Positions 35,064 to 36,567 of a stretch of DNA of 36,567 nucleotides are shown one piece after another. Both the position numbers and the translations under genes were made by a program. The stretch is from Octopus bimaculoides. Taxonomy: Eukaryota. The notes beneath the pieces were generated by a model that saw only the letters and a program-made list of their open reading frames with translations, was not told the DNA's origin and ran no database searches. Where the stretch lies: assembly GCF_001194135.2 (NCBI RefSeq), contig NC_068986.1, positions 99,639,480-99,676,046 of the forward strand. Direction: 5' to 3'. Within the stretch, counting starts at the first letter, position 1; each line of letters begins with the position of its first letter.

Positions 35064-36567
35064 CTATTAATCTATTTAAATTCCGGAATTGTTACCTCTT
35101 TCTCGACGTATATCAATACTAAGTACCCAGTTGACTATGTGTTTTCCATGCAGAAGGAGTCACTGGGTAATCTTCCTTTAGCCATTCTTTCAACTCTGTT
35201 AAACTCTGTTACTGCTCTCATTGATTATAGTGTCTAGAACTCTCATAGATTTCTCCATAGCATTAGTAAAATGCGTAGATTTTTCCCCCCACAGAATTTA
35301 TGGCCAATGCTCATAATATGGATGAAAGGATATAGCAGATAAATCTTGTTGCTGAAAAACCAAAACGGCAGTGAAAGTTAATTTAACGTCATAAATACAA
35401 ACTAGGCTCAGGAATTAATCAAACATCAGCAAATCTGGGCAGTTCATTTGAAAATAAGAATGGTAGAACAAGCCAGAAGAAAACAATAAAGATGAAAAAC
35501 TAATTCCATTCGTATAGGTTTTTATATTCATTCTTCATTCTCAAATCATAGTTTGCATGTTTCTAGTAGCTAAAGCTACGTTATGTTACATTTATATGAT
35601 GAAGACACAGTGGTGGTATTTGAAGAGACAGCAATAATGAAGAAGCATTGATTGATTACACGTCCGTAGGATTTCTTATCTTATTCAGCCATCTGAATTG
35701 CTTGAGATAAAGAAAAATCAGTTTCCATTTAAAGCTAGCTTTTCCAATGAGAGCAAACAAAAGCTAAGGACAAACGGAACTACATGCGACAAAGAAGTTA
35801 GTTTTCTGTGAGCTACTTTATGTTGCTATATAAAATGTTAGAAAGGTGAATAACATTTGAGTATATTAGAACAACTATGTCGAATTCGATGGTAAGGGAG
35901 GTCATTACTATTACCAATTGTAATTCCTGGGGGATTTTTATTTTTGTTTGTTTCTTTGATATTTATTTATTTTTCCTTTTCTGTTTTATATTATTGATTA
36001 TTCTCTGCCCGTTTTCTTCTTCCTGTTGTTGAAAACCAATATACTTAGCGACTTCAGTCGTTGAAGATGACCGTCAAGTTAATACTACCAGCTAATGCAT
36101 ACATGCATATATACGTGTGTGTTTGTGAATAAGTGCGTAAATACATGTAGATAAACAAACACCGCTCATACATAAATAAAATAAATAGATAACCTCAGAC
36201 ATAAACGCGCTTCATATAGACACATAAATGTACAACCCATAAATAAGCGCATACAAGCTTCACAAATACATAAATAACTGAACAGGCAGACACACACACA
36301 CACACACGCACATGCCTGTGTATGTATGTGTTGTTAAGAAATGTGTTTCACAAATATGTGGTTTCGTGTTTATTCCCACTACGATACGACGCCGACGGTG
36401 TTTTCTATCATAACTTTGGGTTGGCCAATATTTTGTGATCTGTGACTAAAATTCAGGAGACAGAAACTGTCCAAAAACTTGCATAAGTCTGTTTTTCCTC
36501 TTTCTTCTACCACTATTCTCTCTCTCTCTCACTCTCTCTCTCTCTCTGTGTGTGTATATATATATAT

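Noticed and set aside
34329-35237. 302-aa ORF, the longest gap-free ORF
   Set aside because: It is the antisense of SINE A fused to an (ATT)n tract giving poly-I/L/Y; no coding signal.

Overview
AT-rich, microsatellite-dense eukaryotic draft-assembly sequence with many N gaps, most flanked by (TA)n/(CA)n. The SINE types, Tc1/mariner load and simple-repeat profile look like an octopus genome; this is inferred from recalled repeat families, not from a search. No host protein-coding gene can be supported; nearly all ORF-track entries are N-run, microsatellite or transposon artefacts. The window is mostly nested transposon debris: three tRNA-headed SINE families, four mariner relics (DD34D spacing countable in one), two maT-type relics (DD37D spacing countable in one), two RTE-like LINE 3' ends, an L1/Tx1-like ORF1 relic, two MITE-like elements and several unrelated long fold-back palindromes. 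The most notable items are (1) a near-complete minimal hammerhead-ribozyme motif (15482-15526) whose cleavage half is covered by a perfect 128-bp antisense arm, (2) a Merlin-like MITE with an 8-bp TSD whose empty site occurs in a paralogous repeat in the same window, and (3) a bacterial/organellar-looking tRNA-Thr(UGU)-like sequence between 83/84-bp direct repeats.
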